Origin: Gammaproteobacteria bacterium | GTDB taxonomy: Bacteria > Pseudomonadota > Gammaproteobacteria > GRL18 | Reading direction: 5' to 3' | DNA length: 64,000 bases | Assembly (NCBI GenBank): GCA_016744995.1 | Contig: JADGDG010000001.1 | Span: 38,011-102,010 of the forward strand | Shown: positions 19,075 to 27,374 of the stretch, in pieces | How the letters are laid out: every line of letters starts with the position of its first letter | Position numbering within the stretch: position 1 is the first letter of the stretch | Program-made: the position numbers and the translations under genes | Notes under the pieces: model-generated | Seen by the model: only the letters and a program-made list of their open reading frames with translations | Told to the model about the DNA's origin: nothing | The model's database searches: none

Positions 19075-20021
19075 GTGAAAACCACCAGAATGCTGAGCCT
19101 CAAATGGAAAATGAACAGCCGTTCATGGCCCATTTGATTGAACTTCGCGATCGCATCTTACGCATTGTCATTGTCGTAACCGCCTTTTTTATGGTGCTGT
19201 TCTTTTTTGCTAACGATCTCTATCACTTAGTCTCTGCTCCCCTACTGGAACAATTGCCTGAAGAAAGCACAATGATTGCCACAGGCGTAGCAGCCCCTTT
19301 TTTAACTCCCTTTAAACTCAGCCTGGTTGCTTCAATCTTTCTTGCTGTCCCCTATATTTTTTATCAATTCTGGTCCTTTGTTGCCCCAGGTTTATACCAG
19401 CATGAAAAGCGTCTGGCGCTTCCTTTAGTAGCCTCAAGCGTTATCCTGTTTTACGGCGGTATAGTCTTCTCATTTTATATTGTTTTTCCATTAATGTTTG
19501 CTTTTTTTACCGCCACAACACCTGAAGGTGTTGCCATGATGACTGATATCAGCCAATATCTTGATTTTATTCTGAAGATGTTTTTTGCTTTTGGTATTGC
19601 CTTTGAAGTCCCGATTGTCACAATTGTTTTGACCATAACCGGCGTTACTAACGCCGATAAACTTGCAGAAAAACGCGCCTATGTCATTGTTGGCTCATTT
19701 GTTCTTGGCATGCTGCTGACACCACCTGATATCATTTCACAAACGCTACTGGCAATCCCCATCTGGCTCCTTTACGAGCTAGGTATCATCTTCTCACGCA
19801 TCATTGGCAACAGAAAAGCTAGAGAGGCTGAAAAAGCTAGTAAGGAGCAGGAGCCTTCAGCGAGTAAGGAGCCTTCAGCAAGTGAGGAATCTTCAGCAAG
19901 TGAAGAGCCTTCAACTTCAGAGGGTAAGAATAACGGTTCAGAAGAGCCTCGTTATAAGCCTATGACCGATGAAGAAATGGAAGCAGAACTGGATGCAATA
20001 GAACGAGAGGAAAAGCCATAA
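19071..20021 (+). CDS. tatC: Sec-independent translocase TatC with repeat-derived C-terminal extension
   Basis: Six-TM TatC core (start overlaps the tatB stop). The C-terminal tail contains 4 x 18-bp repeat units. Confidence 0.85.
   Translation: MSENHQNAEPQMENEQPFMAHLIELRDRILRIVIVVTAFFMVLFFFANDLYHLVSAPLLEQLPEESTMIATGVAAPFLTPFKLSLVASIFLAVPYIFYQFWSFVAPGLYQHEKRLALPLVASSVILFYGGIVFSFYIVFPLMFAFFTATTPEGVAMMTDISQYLDFILKMFFAFGIAFEVPIVTIVLTITGVTNADKLAEKRAYVIVGSFVLGMLLTPPDIISQTLLAIPIWLLYELGIIFSRIIGNRKAREAEKASKEQEPSASKEPSASEESSASEEPSTSEGKNNGSEEPRYKPMTDEEMEAELDAIEREEKP
19851..19922. repeat. In-frame 18-bp tandem repeat array (4 units) inside the tatC 3' end
   Basis: GAGCCTTCAGCGAGTAAG-type units encoding EPSASK/EPSASE. 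Confidence 0.8.
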
Positions 20022-20094
20022 GTTTCTGGAAAATAATCAGGAACTTATGATAAATATTTTTTTAATCCAAAATTGGTACGATCATCATTCCAGG

Positions 20095-21876
20095 TTATTT
20101 TGACTTAGTATCAACTTTAAACGAAACCCGCTCAAATGAGTCCGTCGCCATCAACACATTTGTTAAAGTAACAGAGTTCAATTTTTCATTGTGCCAGACT
20201 TTAAGAACACTCCCGCGATCATAAACACCTGATGGCACAATCAAGTGAAGCTTCCCACCTTTGCCCTTAGTATCATTTTCTGAAATTAAAAATGCTCTTT
20301 GATATTGTCCACCTGCACCAGCACCTTTAATCCCTTTGACTGCAATTGCTCTTGATTGTACCGCAAGCAGCTGTAGACCGATGGCCACTCCCTTATGAGG
20401 ATTGACTCGTAACCACTTAACCGTTGCAAGACAGTAAGCTTTTTCAACATTCAGTCGATAAGCCACCAGCATTCCAACGCCTATAGGCACATCAATGTCA
20501 TTTTTACTGACTAATAACATCCCATGAATACTTTCATTTTTCTGCTTCCAGTTTTCTTCTTTTAAGTGCTGATTTATTATCTCCTGCGATGCATTCATAT
20601 TGGCATTAACAATAGAGCTGGCATAAATGTGCTCCCATTCATCACCGATTACACTTGCTCCAGCAGAAAAGGGATTAAGACTCTGTAGTTCACCCATTGG
20701 ATTTTTTTTATCCAATAATTTAGCCTCTTCCAGTAAACCGACTAAATTAATATCCGAATCATCTTTTAATTGATTCTGTTCCAGTCTTTGCTCCAATTGT
20801 GCATCAATTTCAGCCTGAGGATTAAATGGCTTTCTATGGTCAATAAAATGATGACAGGCCCTAAGACCTGAAACTAATTTAATCTCATGCCCCACCAACG
20901 AACGTTCTTCTGAACGCTCTTCATGCACACTGATTTCATTCTCAATACGCTGCAGCATTTCATTATAGATCCGCGCCTGATACGAAAGTACGAGATGATT
21001 TTTTTCTTCATTCACCGTTTCCAAATGAGCATCTAAATAAATTTGCAATCGGTCAGTTGTCACTACACGCCCTTCAAATTTTTCTACATTCGATTTTTTA
21101 GTATCGGTTTTCTTATTATAATAATGAGGTGAGTGATCAGATAATAATTCAACCACAAAATTGCCTTCAGGAGCATGTTGCAAATAGTTTTCAATATCGC
21201 AGTGCTCAACCCAATCGGCCATCAGGTGATAAATTTTACGCGCCTCAAGACGCATAAATCGATAGGGGTTCATTATTTTCAAAATTGCAATTTGCAAATA
21301 ACAGCTTTTTATCGATGTGTGTTTTCTGATCACATCACCCTGAGCACCTATTCGTTCAGCTAACAAATAGAGCTGATTCAATTCCTGCCAGATAAAGGCT
21401 GGTTCTGATAAATAAAACTGAAAGCGCTCAACCAACAGCCTCGACAGGTAGAATAATGCCATAAATAATGACTCTGGCACCAAACTACCAAGGTATTGAT
21501 CGATCAAATCAGTATTCTGGGCAATATCATGAACAACAATTTGATAGGCTATTGAGCTTTCCAACAATAATTGCTGTAATTGATTAATAATTGAGTGGAA
21601 TTCTTCACTTATTGGGAAGGCTATTGAGTTGGTTTGCTTTACCAATAACTCCAGCTCTTTTTGAATTTCAGCATCCATGATTGCCATTATTGACATTCTG
21701 ACACCAGGAGGGCATTGAATTCGATTCAGTTTGGCCAGCGTATTTAAAAACTCCTGGTGATCCAGATGATCCCGCTTATTCAGCCAATTTTGCACAGATA
21801 TTTCATCAGGCCTGATCCCCTGATAATCACCAGAAACAACTTCCTGTCGTGGAATACGCAAAGTCGGAGTAAACAT
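20095..21876 (-). CDS. Large hypothetical protein (593 aa), possible C-terminal beta-rich PilZ-like domain
   Basis: Long uninterrupted ORF convergent with tatC. No confident motif. The C-terminal segment is Gly/Lys-rich and beta-strand-like. Confidence 0.4.
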   Translation of the reverse strand: MFTPTLRIPRQEVVSGDYQGIRPDEISVQNWLNKRDHLDHQEFLNTLAKLNRIQCPPGVRMSIMAIMDAEIQKELELLVKQTNSIAFPISEEFHSIINQLQQLLLESSIAYQIVVHDIAQNTDLIDQYLGSLVPESLFMALFYLSRLLVERFQFYLSEPAFIWQELNQLYLLAERIGAQGDVIRKHTSIKSCYLQIAILKIMNPYRFMRLEARKIYHLMADWVEHCDIENYLQHAPEGNFVVELLSDHSPHYYNKKTDTKKSNVEKFEGRVVTTDRLQIYLDAHLETVNEEKNHLVLSYQARIYNEMLQRIENEISVHEERSEERSLVGHEIKLVSGLRACHHFIDHRKPFNPQAEIDAQLEQRLEQNQLKDDSDINLVGLLEEAKLLDKKNPMGELQSLNPFSAGASVIGDEWEHIYASSIVNANMNASQEIINQHLKEENWKQKNESIHGMLLVSKNDIDVPIGVGMLVAYRLNVEKAYCLATVKWLRVNPHKGVAIGLQLLAVQSRAIAVKGIKGAGAGGQYQRAFLISENDTKGKGGKLHLIVPSGVYDRGSVLKVWHNEKLNSVTLTNVLMATDSFERVSFKVDTKSK

Positions 21877-22196
21877 AAATAATATCCAGAGTGTTTAATT
21901 GATATAACTAGTATAGCTTATGATAGTCATTCGCCTATAAATATGACCTATTTTCATGATAATTTATGTCATGGATCAATGAATCCTTTTCCATGACCTA
22001 TATTTATGAATATTCTAACTTTTCATGGGGTTTACTTTATTTCTCCTATGGAAAACCATAGTGACACTCAATATATCCTATAGCTTCTATATCTATTTCT
22101 GCCTGATATACTGAAAATTATACTACCCTTAATGTTTTCAGGGCTATTAATTCATACTGCCAACAGGGTTTAGCATATTATTAAGCGGTAATTAAT

Positions 22197-23177
22197 ATGA
22201 AGCATCCATTTACAAAATTTTTTCTACAGTTTTTCCTTTTCTTTTTCTCATCCATACTGATTGCAAATGATAAACCAGCCGGTAAAGTTAAAAACACTGA
22301 AGATATTCAGGTAAAAAAAATTATCTGGACAGGTTGCGGCATTACCAAAAAAGCATTTATGGCTGAAATTGCATCTGCCTATGAAAAAAAATATGGGGTG
22401 GTTATAGACTTAAAAGGTGGTGGTGCAACCCGGGGAATTCGTGATACAAAATCAGGTGTATCACATATCGGCGGCACCTGTAGAATTCCTTTACACAATC
22501 CTGAAGAGCAAAGCATGTTATTAAAATTAATTTTAGTTGCATGGGATGCTTTAGTAGTGATTGTTCATAAAGATACACCGATCAATGATATAAAAAAACA
22601 GGAACTTATTGATATTTTGAATGGAAAAATTATTTACTGGAATGAATTATCAGGCTGGCAGGGAAAAGCTGATAGTCAGCAGGAAATTGATATTTTCACC
22701 CGGACTTCAAAAATTTCCGGAGTAGGTTACACACTCCGAAAGATTTTATTTAATGATACAGAAATAGAATTTAGCTCAACAAAATCATTCCCATCTTCCG
22801 GGCCACTGGAAAAAGGCATCGAAAAAGAAAAATATTCCCTGGCAATCACTGGTATTTCCAGCGCAAGAAAAAGAAATGTTAAAATTCTTAACCTGAATGG
22901 GATCACCCCTGATTATGAAACCATTAAATCAGGTAATTATTTTATGTATCGCCCCTTGTACCTGACTTATACTTCACTTTACAAGTTACCTAAAAATGAA
23001 AAAAAAGAGGTCAAGCGTTTTCTAAAATTTATTAAAAGTGAAAAAAAAGAGGTCAAGCGTTTTCTAAAATTTATTAAAAGTGAAGAAGCAGCAAAAATTA
23101 TCAAGGCCAATGGCGTCGTACCATTCAAAGAAGGCTTTCACCTTATCAAACAACGAAAAGATATTTTTGGTAGTTAA
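22197..23177 (+). CDS. PstS-family phosphate-binding protein-like periplasmic substrate-binding protein (orphan)
   Basis: Signal peptide. GGGATRGIRD..SGVSHIGGTCR and downstream PBP-fold motifs resemble PstS. No pstCAB genes adjacent. Confidence 0.55.
   Translation: MKHPFTKFFLQFFLFFFSSILIANDKPAGKVKNTEDIQVKKIIWTGCGITKKAFMAEIASAYEKKYGVVIDLKGGGATRGIRDTKSGVSHIGGTCRIPLHNPEEQSMLLKLILVAWDALVVIVHKDTPINDIKKQELIDILNGKIIYWNELSGWQGKADSQQEIDIFTRTSKISGVGYTLRKILFNDTEIEFSSTKSFPSSGPLEKGIEKEKYSLAITGISSARKRNVKILNLNGITPDYETIKSGNYFMYRPLYLTYTSLYKLPKNEKKEVKRFLKFIKSEKKEVKRFLKFIKSEEAAKIIKANGVVPFKEGFHLIKQRKDIFGS
23001..23084. repeat. Perfect 42-bp tandem duplication (2 copies) inside the PstS-like gene
   Basis: AAAAAAGAGGTCAAGCGTTTTCTAAAATTTATTAAAAGTGAA occurs twice back-to-back in frame (KKEVKRFLKFIKSE x2). 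Confidence 0.9.
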
Positions 23178-23487
23178 AGCAGAATAAGGCTCATAGATTT
23201 ATTAAAATAATAGTCGTAAATTTTATTCTTCTGCTCAGAGCCAAATAATATAGTTTCATCATCAGCCTATAGTCAATTAATGCCCTCCGGGCCAAACAGA
23301 ATGTTTATTTTGACTCTTGATGCAGTCATCTCTTACTGATACTATATTAATATCTTTAACTAAATAATCTTGGAGGATACAAATGATTGTAGTAGCAACC
23401 CTCCGGGCGTTTAACGTATAACATTTCATTATACTTTTCTGCCCGGTTTCTAAGCCGGGGCACATAGCCCCAGAGTAGTTCTATTTA

Positions 23488-24549
23488 ATGCATTTCTATG
23501 CATTAGGGGTTTCTATGTCTAAATATTATTCGCTATCTCAATTGGGTTGGCAAGCTTTTTTTCAACACCAACTCTCTCTAGAGGAATGGGAGTCATGCCA
23601 GGTGGCTCGCATTGAAGCACTTGAACGGTCGACTATTTTTTTCTTAACGACCAGCGGCACTTCTTCTTTACCCCTCTCATCTTCAATGCCAGCAATGACA
23701 GTCGGTGACTGGATATTACTTAATAATTCTGGTTTATATCTCCGTTGTTTAGATCGATTATCTTTGTTTTCACGAAAAGCTGCGGGCACCAAAGTGGCTA
23801 CCCAGCTTATAGCCGCCAATGTAGATACTGTATTTATTGTTTCATCCCTTAATAAAGACTTTAATCTCAATCGGGTTGAACGTTATTTATCACTAACAAA
23901 TGAAATCAGTGTAGATACAGTATTCGTTTTGACGAAAGAAGATTGTTGCAGCAATACTCATGAGTATATCAATCAAGTTCAACAATTATCGCCATTATTG
24001 AATGTTCTCGCTGTCAATAGCCTCAATAGCAGCAGTGTAAAGCAACTATCACCATGGTGTTGTGAAGGAAAAACAGTTGCCTTTTTAGGCTCTTCAGGTG
24101 TTGGTAAGTCTTCAATTATAAATACATTATTGGGTCATACCATTCAACAAACAAATTCAATTCGCGGAGATGATGATAAAGGTCGCCATACCACAACACA
24201 GCGCACCCTTCATCTATTACCCACTGGAGGAATTTTAATTGATACGCCAGGAATGCGAGAGTTAAAGTTATCTGACTGTGAGCAAGGAATTGAAGATACC
24301 TTCAGTGAAATATCTGAATATGCAAAATATTGTAAATTTTCTGACTGCCAACATGAGAATGAGCCAGGTTGTGCTGTAAAGAAAGCAATTGATTCAAATA
24401 AACTCGATAAGAGGCGATTGACTAACTATCGTAAGTTAATGCGTGAGCAAGAGTTTAATACTGCAACTATAGCTGAAAAACGTGCTCGAGAGAAAAAATT
24501 GGGCCGATATATTCGTGCTGTTCAGGCTGAATCAAAAATGAACAGGTAA
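23488..24549 (+). CDS. rsgA: Ribosome small-subunit-dependent GTPase A
   Basis: Circularly permuted GTPase motifs (G4 then LGSSGVGKSS, DTPG) and C-terminal zinc finger CKFSDCQHENEPGC. Confidence 0.75.
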   Translation: MHFYALGVSMSKYYSLSQLGWQAFFQHQLSLEEWESCQVARIEALERSTIFFLTTSGTSSLPLSSSMPAMTVGDWILLNNSGLYLRCLDRLSLFSRKAAGTKVATQLIAANVDTVFIVSSLNKDFNLNRVERYLSLTNEISVDTVFVLTKEDCCSNTHEYINQVQQLSPLLNVLAVNSLNSSSVKQLSPWCCEGKTVAFLGSSGVGKSSIINTLLGHTIQQTNSIRGDDDKGRHTTTQRTLHLLPTGGILIDTPGMRELKLSDCEQGIEDTFSEISEYAKYCKFSDCQHENEPGCAVKKAIDSNKLDKRRLTNYRKLMREQEFNTATIAEKRAREKKLGRYIRAVQAESKMNR

Positions 24550-24730
24550 CTTCAATACTATATTAAAGCAATGTGTTCATTATCATATCATAGTGAACAC
24601 ATGCACAACAAAAAAGCTTAGAAATATTTTATTTTTGTTGAAAACATTATACTTATTTCCCATCCAGCTCAATATTCAATCGCAAAAGTTCAACAATTCC
24701 TGGACTTCATAAAATTTTAATCAGCTAAAT

Positions 24731-25516
24731 CTAAGCATAAATATTTTTCAGTGTTTTTCTAAAAAACTGATCAACTAGTTCATTATCCAATTTCATTTGT
24801 TTAGCAGGTAATAGCAAAGCAAGACGCTTCATTTCATCCGAGAGGAAAGTTTCAATTCCTGGATTTCTATTAACCTGATCCGTTTCATTTGAATTTTGTT
24901 TTATCCTTAATAACTCATCAATATCAGCCAGCAATTCTCCTTCCGGTAAAAAAGCACTCAGCAAATCTGAGAATAACATGGGCGGTTGGTTTCCTTTTTC
25001 AATAACCCAGCGACAACACAAGATCGGTCGCAAAGAATACAAGTATTTTTTAATGTTAACTTGTTTGCACTGAGAGATGACTTTCAAGTGTGTTTTTGCC
25101 ATAGAAAGATAATGATGACAACTGGCCAGTGGTAAAAAAGCTTCTTGAGACAAGTCTCTTATAGGTTCTATCACATCCTTAACATCCAGATATTGTATTG
25201 GTGAAGCCAGCCACTCCATTAATGCCGGATTGGATTGCTTCAGCAAAGCCAAAGCCTTTTGAATATCCCAGCCATTGATATCAAGAAGACCATCAATTGG
25301 TAATTCAATCACATCTCGTTTATTAAACACACTGAGATACCAATCAGGCTCATGACAATATAAAAAGCGAACATCATAATCACTATCCTGTGATGGAAAA
25401 CCCCAGGCCCGACTTCCAGACTCAACTGCCAGGATAATTTTAATATGATATTCAGCTTCAATTTTCTCCAATTGTTCAATAATATCTCTCTCAATTGAAT
25501 ATTTGTTTATTCTCAT
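24731..25516 (-). CDS. Pol-beta superfamily minimal nucleotidyltransferase (GS-x3-G-x5-SDxDV) with C-terminal helical domain
   Basis: GSRAWGFPSQDSDYDV catalytic motif within the first 50 aa, followed by a ~200-aa helical domain. Immediately downstream of the HNH gene. Confidence 0.45.
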   Translation of the reverse strand: MRINKYSIERDIIEQLEKIEAEYHIKIILAVESGSRAWGFPSQDSDYDVRFLYCHEPDWYLSVFNKRDVIELPIDGLLDINGWDIQKALALLKQSNPALMEWLASPIQYLDVKDVIEPIRDLSQEAFLPLASCHHYLSMAKTHLKVISQCKQVNIKKYLYSLRPILCCRWVIEKGNQPPMLFSDLLSAFLPEGELLADIDELLRIKQNSNETDQVNRNPGIETFLSDEMKRLALLLPAKQMKLDNELVDQFFRKTLKNIYA

Positions 25517-25569
25517 TTTTCTCTACTCTGATAGAGCCATATTAAATTCATGGCTCAGATGTTTTTTAT

Positions 25570-26136
25570 TTACAATAACAGACTGCCTTTAGGAAATCTG
25601 TCTTGTAAAAATTTTTGTTGTTCAGCAACAATCCTTCGAGTATTTTTCAAATACAAAAACTCTGACCAGTTGGGTACAAAAGGAACTGCTAATAATAAAT
25701 GCCCCCACTCTTCCGGAGTTCGATTGCTCTTGTCATGATTGCAGGTACAGCAACTGGTTGCGCTGTTTAACCATGAGTCATTTCCTCCCCGGCTTTTAGG
25801 GATAATATGATCACGAGTCAAGTTTCGTGGTGAAAAGGTTTCACCACAATAGAGACACATATGTCCATCTCTTGCAAAAAGCCCTCTATTTGAAAATGGC
25901 GGCACGTACTCTTTTGATAAGCGATTGGGCATCACTCTTTCTTTGGTTAATACGATTGAACTGACGGTAACTTGTGAACGCAGGCCAGACATTCGGTTAT
26001 GACCACCTCGAAACATAAATTCTTCTTCACCCAAATTGGCAATTACCCGTTCACTGGCCATAAGGGTGATGGCTTGCCGGTAGTTCAACCAGGCTGAAGG
26101 ATTTCCAGCGATGTCTAATTGTAAGATTGGGATCAT
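25570..26136 (-). CDS. HNH endonuclease with N-terminal uncharacterised domain
   Basis: HNH core CLYCGE...RDHIIPKSRGG..SWLN...CCTCNHDKSNR. Confidence 0.6.
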   Translation of the reverse strand: MIPILQLDIAGNPSAWLNYRQAITLMASERVIANLGEEEFMFRGGHNRMSGLRSQVTVSSIVLTKERVMPNRLSKEYVPPFSNRGLFARDGHMCLYCGETFSPRNLTRDHIIPKSRGGNDSWLNSATSCCTCNHDKSNRTPEEWGHLLLAVPFVPNWSEFLYLKNTRRIVAEQQKFLQDRFPKGSLLL

Positions 26137-26180
26137 TGTTAATCCTCCCTGTTTTAGTCAATTTAGGTTTACATTTAATA

Positions 26181-26266
26181 TGGTAGGCAAGGTCAGATTC
26201 GAACTGACAAACCCTTTCGGGAAAATGGTTCTAAGCCATTCGCGTTTTCCATTTCGCCACTTGCCC
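26181..26266 (-). tRNA. tRNA-Leu (anticodon TAG), class II
   Basis: Manual fold gives a 7-bp acceptor, 3-bp D-stem, anticodon loop CTTAGAA, long variable arm, T-loop TTCGAAT and encoded CCA. Confidence 0.8.
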
Positions 26267-26273
26267 TTGAGTA

Positions 26274-26348
26274 TGGCTGCCGTGCCTGGGTACGATCCAG
26301 GAATAATGGAGTCAAAGTCCATTGTGCTGCCAATTACACCACACGGCA
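26274..26348 (-). tRNA. tRNA-Gln (anticodon TTG)
   Basis: Manual fold gives acceptor TGCCGTG/CACGGCA, anticodon loop CTTTGAC and CCA. The T-loop reads ATCGTAC (A54/T58 swap). Confidence 0.7.
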
Positions 26349-26389
26349 ATTGTTTGGTGTACATTAACGTTCTTTTTATTAGTTAATCT

Positions 26390-26465
26390 TGGGGTGAGTA
26401 ATCGGGTTCGAACCGATATCATCTGGATTCACAGTCCAGAGCTTTACCATTAAGCTATACTCACC
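26390..26465 (-). tRNA. tRNA-His (anticodon GTG) with G-1
   Basis: Extra 5' G pairing with C73. Anticodon loop CTGTGAA. T-loop TTCGAAC. CCA encoded. Confidence 0.85.
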
Positions 26466-26473
26466 ATAATTCT

Positions 26474-26641
26474 TTATATGCGTTGTGCATGAAATATGGC
26501 TGTCAAAATTTGTGGGTGATCACGATTGGGTGCCACGCCTTGACGTAAAAACCAGAGTGCATTCGGCTGACTTGCTGTTTTCCGGTTTTCAGGTATTTTC
26601 ATATCTTTGACTACTTTTTCAAATTTTTCATAGTGATTCAT
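26474..26641 (-). CDS. Hypothetical 55-aa protein nested between tRNA-His and tRNA-Lys
   Basis: ATG preceded by GGAGGT RBS at optimal spacing. Not in the supplied ORF track (<60 aa). No homology recognised. Confidence 0.3.
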   Translation of the reverse strand: MNHYEKFEKVVKDMKIPENRKTASQPNALWFLRQGVAPNRDHPQILTAIFHAQRI

Positions 26642-26662
26642 AATTAATACCTCCTTTTTAAT

Positions 26663-26738
26663 TGGTGCGTCGCCCCGGCTACGATCCGGGAACTTACTGG
26701 TTAAAAGCCAGTTACTCTGCCAGTTGAGTTAGCGACAC
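26663..26738 (-). tRNA. tRNA-Lys (anticodon TTT)
   Basis: Clean cloverleaf with anticodon loop CTTTTAA and CCA. The T-loop reads ATCGTAG (A54/T58 swap, as in tRNA-Gln). Confidence 0.7.
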
Positions 26739-26739
26739 A

Positions 26740-26825
26740 TGGCTCCAGGACTCAGATTCGAACTGAGATAGGGAATTGCTCCCTCCGGTTAACAGCCGGG
26801 TGCCTTGCCAATCGGCCATCCTGGA
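26740..26825 (-). tRNA. Atypical class-II (long variable arm) tRNA with Asn anticodon GTT
   Basis: 86 nt. U1-A72 and G73 as in tRNA-Asn. Anticodon loop CTGTTAA is identical to E. coli tRNA-Asn. It has a 3-bp D-stem and a 13-nt variable stem-loop typical of Ser/Leu/Tyr-class tRNAs. T-loop TTCGAAT. CCA encoded. Confidence 0.55.
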
Positions 26826-27299
26826 ATTTTTTTAAGCTTTTTGTGGTACTTGCAAAGTTGATATTTGCTTGTTAAGCCTCAATGCTTTAAAAGCAAGGAA
26901 ACAACCCCCTCAGTCCCCCTTCTAAAGAAGGGGGAAGCTAAGAGCAATTTTTCAAGTGCCTCTTTTAATTTAAATAAGACCTGAGATTATAGTCTTAAGC
27001 GAAAATTCTTTAGCCAGATTATGAACAGGTTCCACCCTATTGCTTCCCAACGTATCCACTGATACCCACAAATGGCTTATCAGTTAATTTTCATGACCGC
27101 CTTTTTAAGCTGGTGGCAATCCCAGCATACATAACAATACTCAGCACTTCGTTTTACCGTCTGAGCCGATCAAAGCTCATCTGTGTAACTTAGTACCAGA
27201 AACATCAGCTTGGGGCTTCTGTTTCACCTAAGTTCAGAGAACTGCTCAGGTTTAGGTCATTTTCTTGTTACGCTGAAGTACGTCTTTCCTTTTATTAAG

Positions 27300-27374
27300 T
27301 GGTTTTGTAAGGATGACTCGAACATCCAACCGATTGATTATAAATCAACTGCTCTACCATTGAGCTATTACAAC
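27300..27374 (-). tRNA. tRNA-like gene, anticodon TAT, G1xA72 mismatch (possible tRNA-Ile(UAU) or decayed CAT-family tRNA)
   Basis: Full 75-nt cloverleaf with encoded ACCA. D-arm and anticodon loop resemble the CAT-anticodon tRNA-like gene at 32982-33054 except for C34>T. Confidence 0.4.

Noticed and set aside
18573-19133. 186-aa ORF antisense to tatB
   Set aside because: The reading frame is held open by the 18-bp repeats and lies fully inside a well-supported tatB gene. It is a repeat artefact.
20095-21876. Calling the 593-aa protein a PilZ/c-di-GMP receptor
   Set aside because: Canonical RxxxR and D/NxSxxG motifs could not be located. It is kept as hypothetical.
23277-23465. 62-aa minus-strand ORF in the PstS-like/rsgA spacer
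   Set aside because: No RBS and low-complexity composition. The region more likely holds the rsgA promoter.
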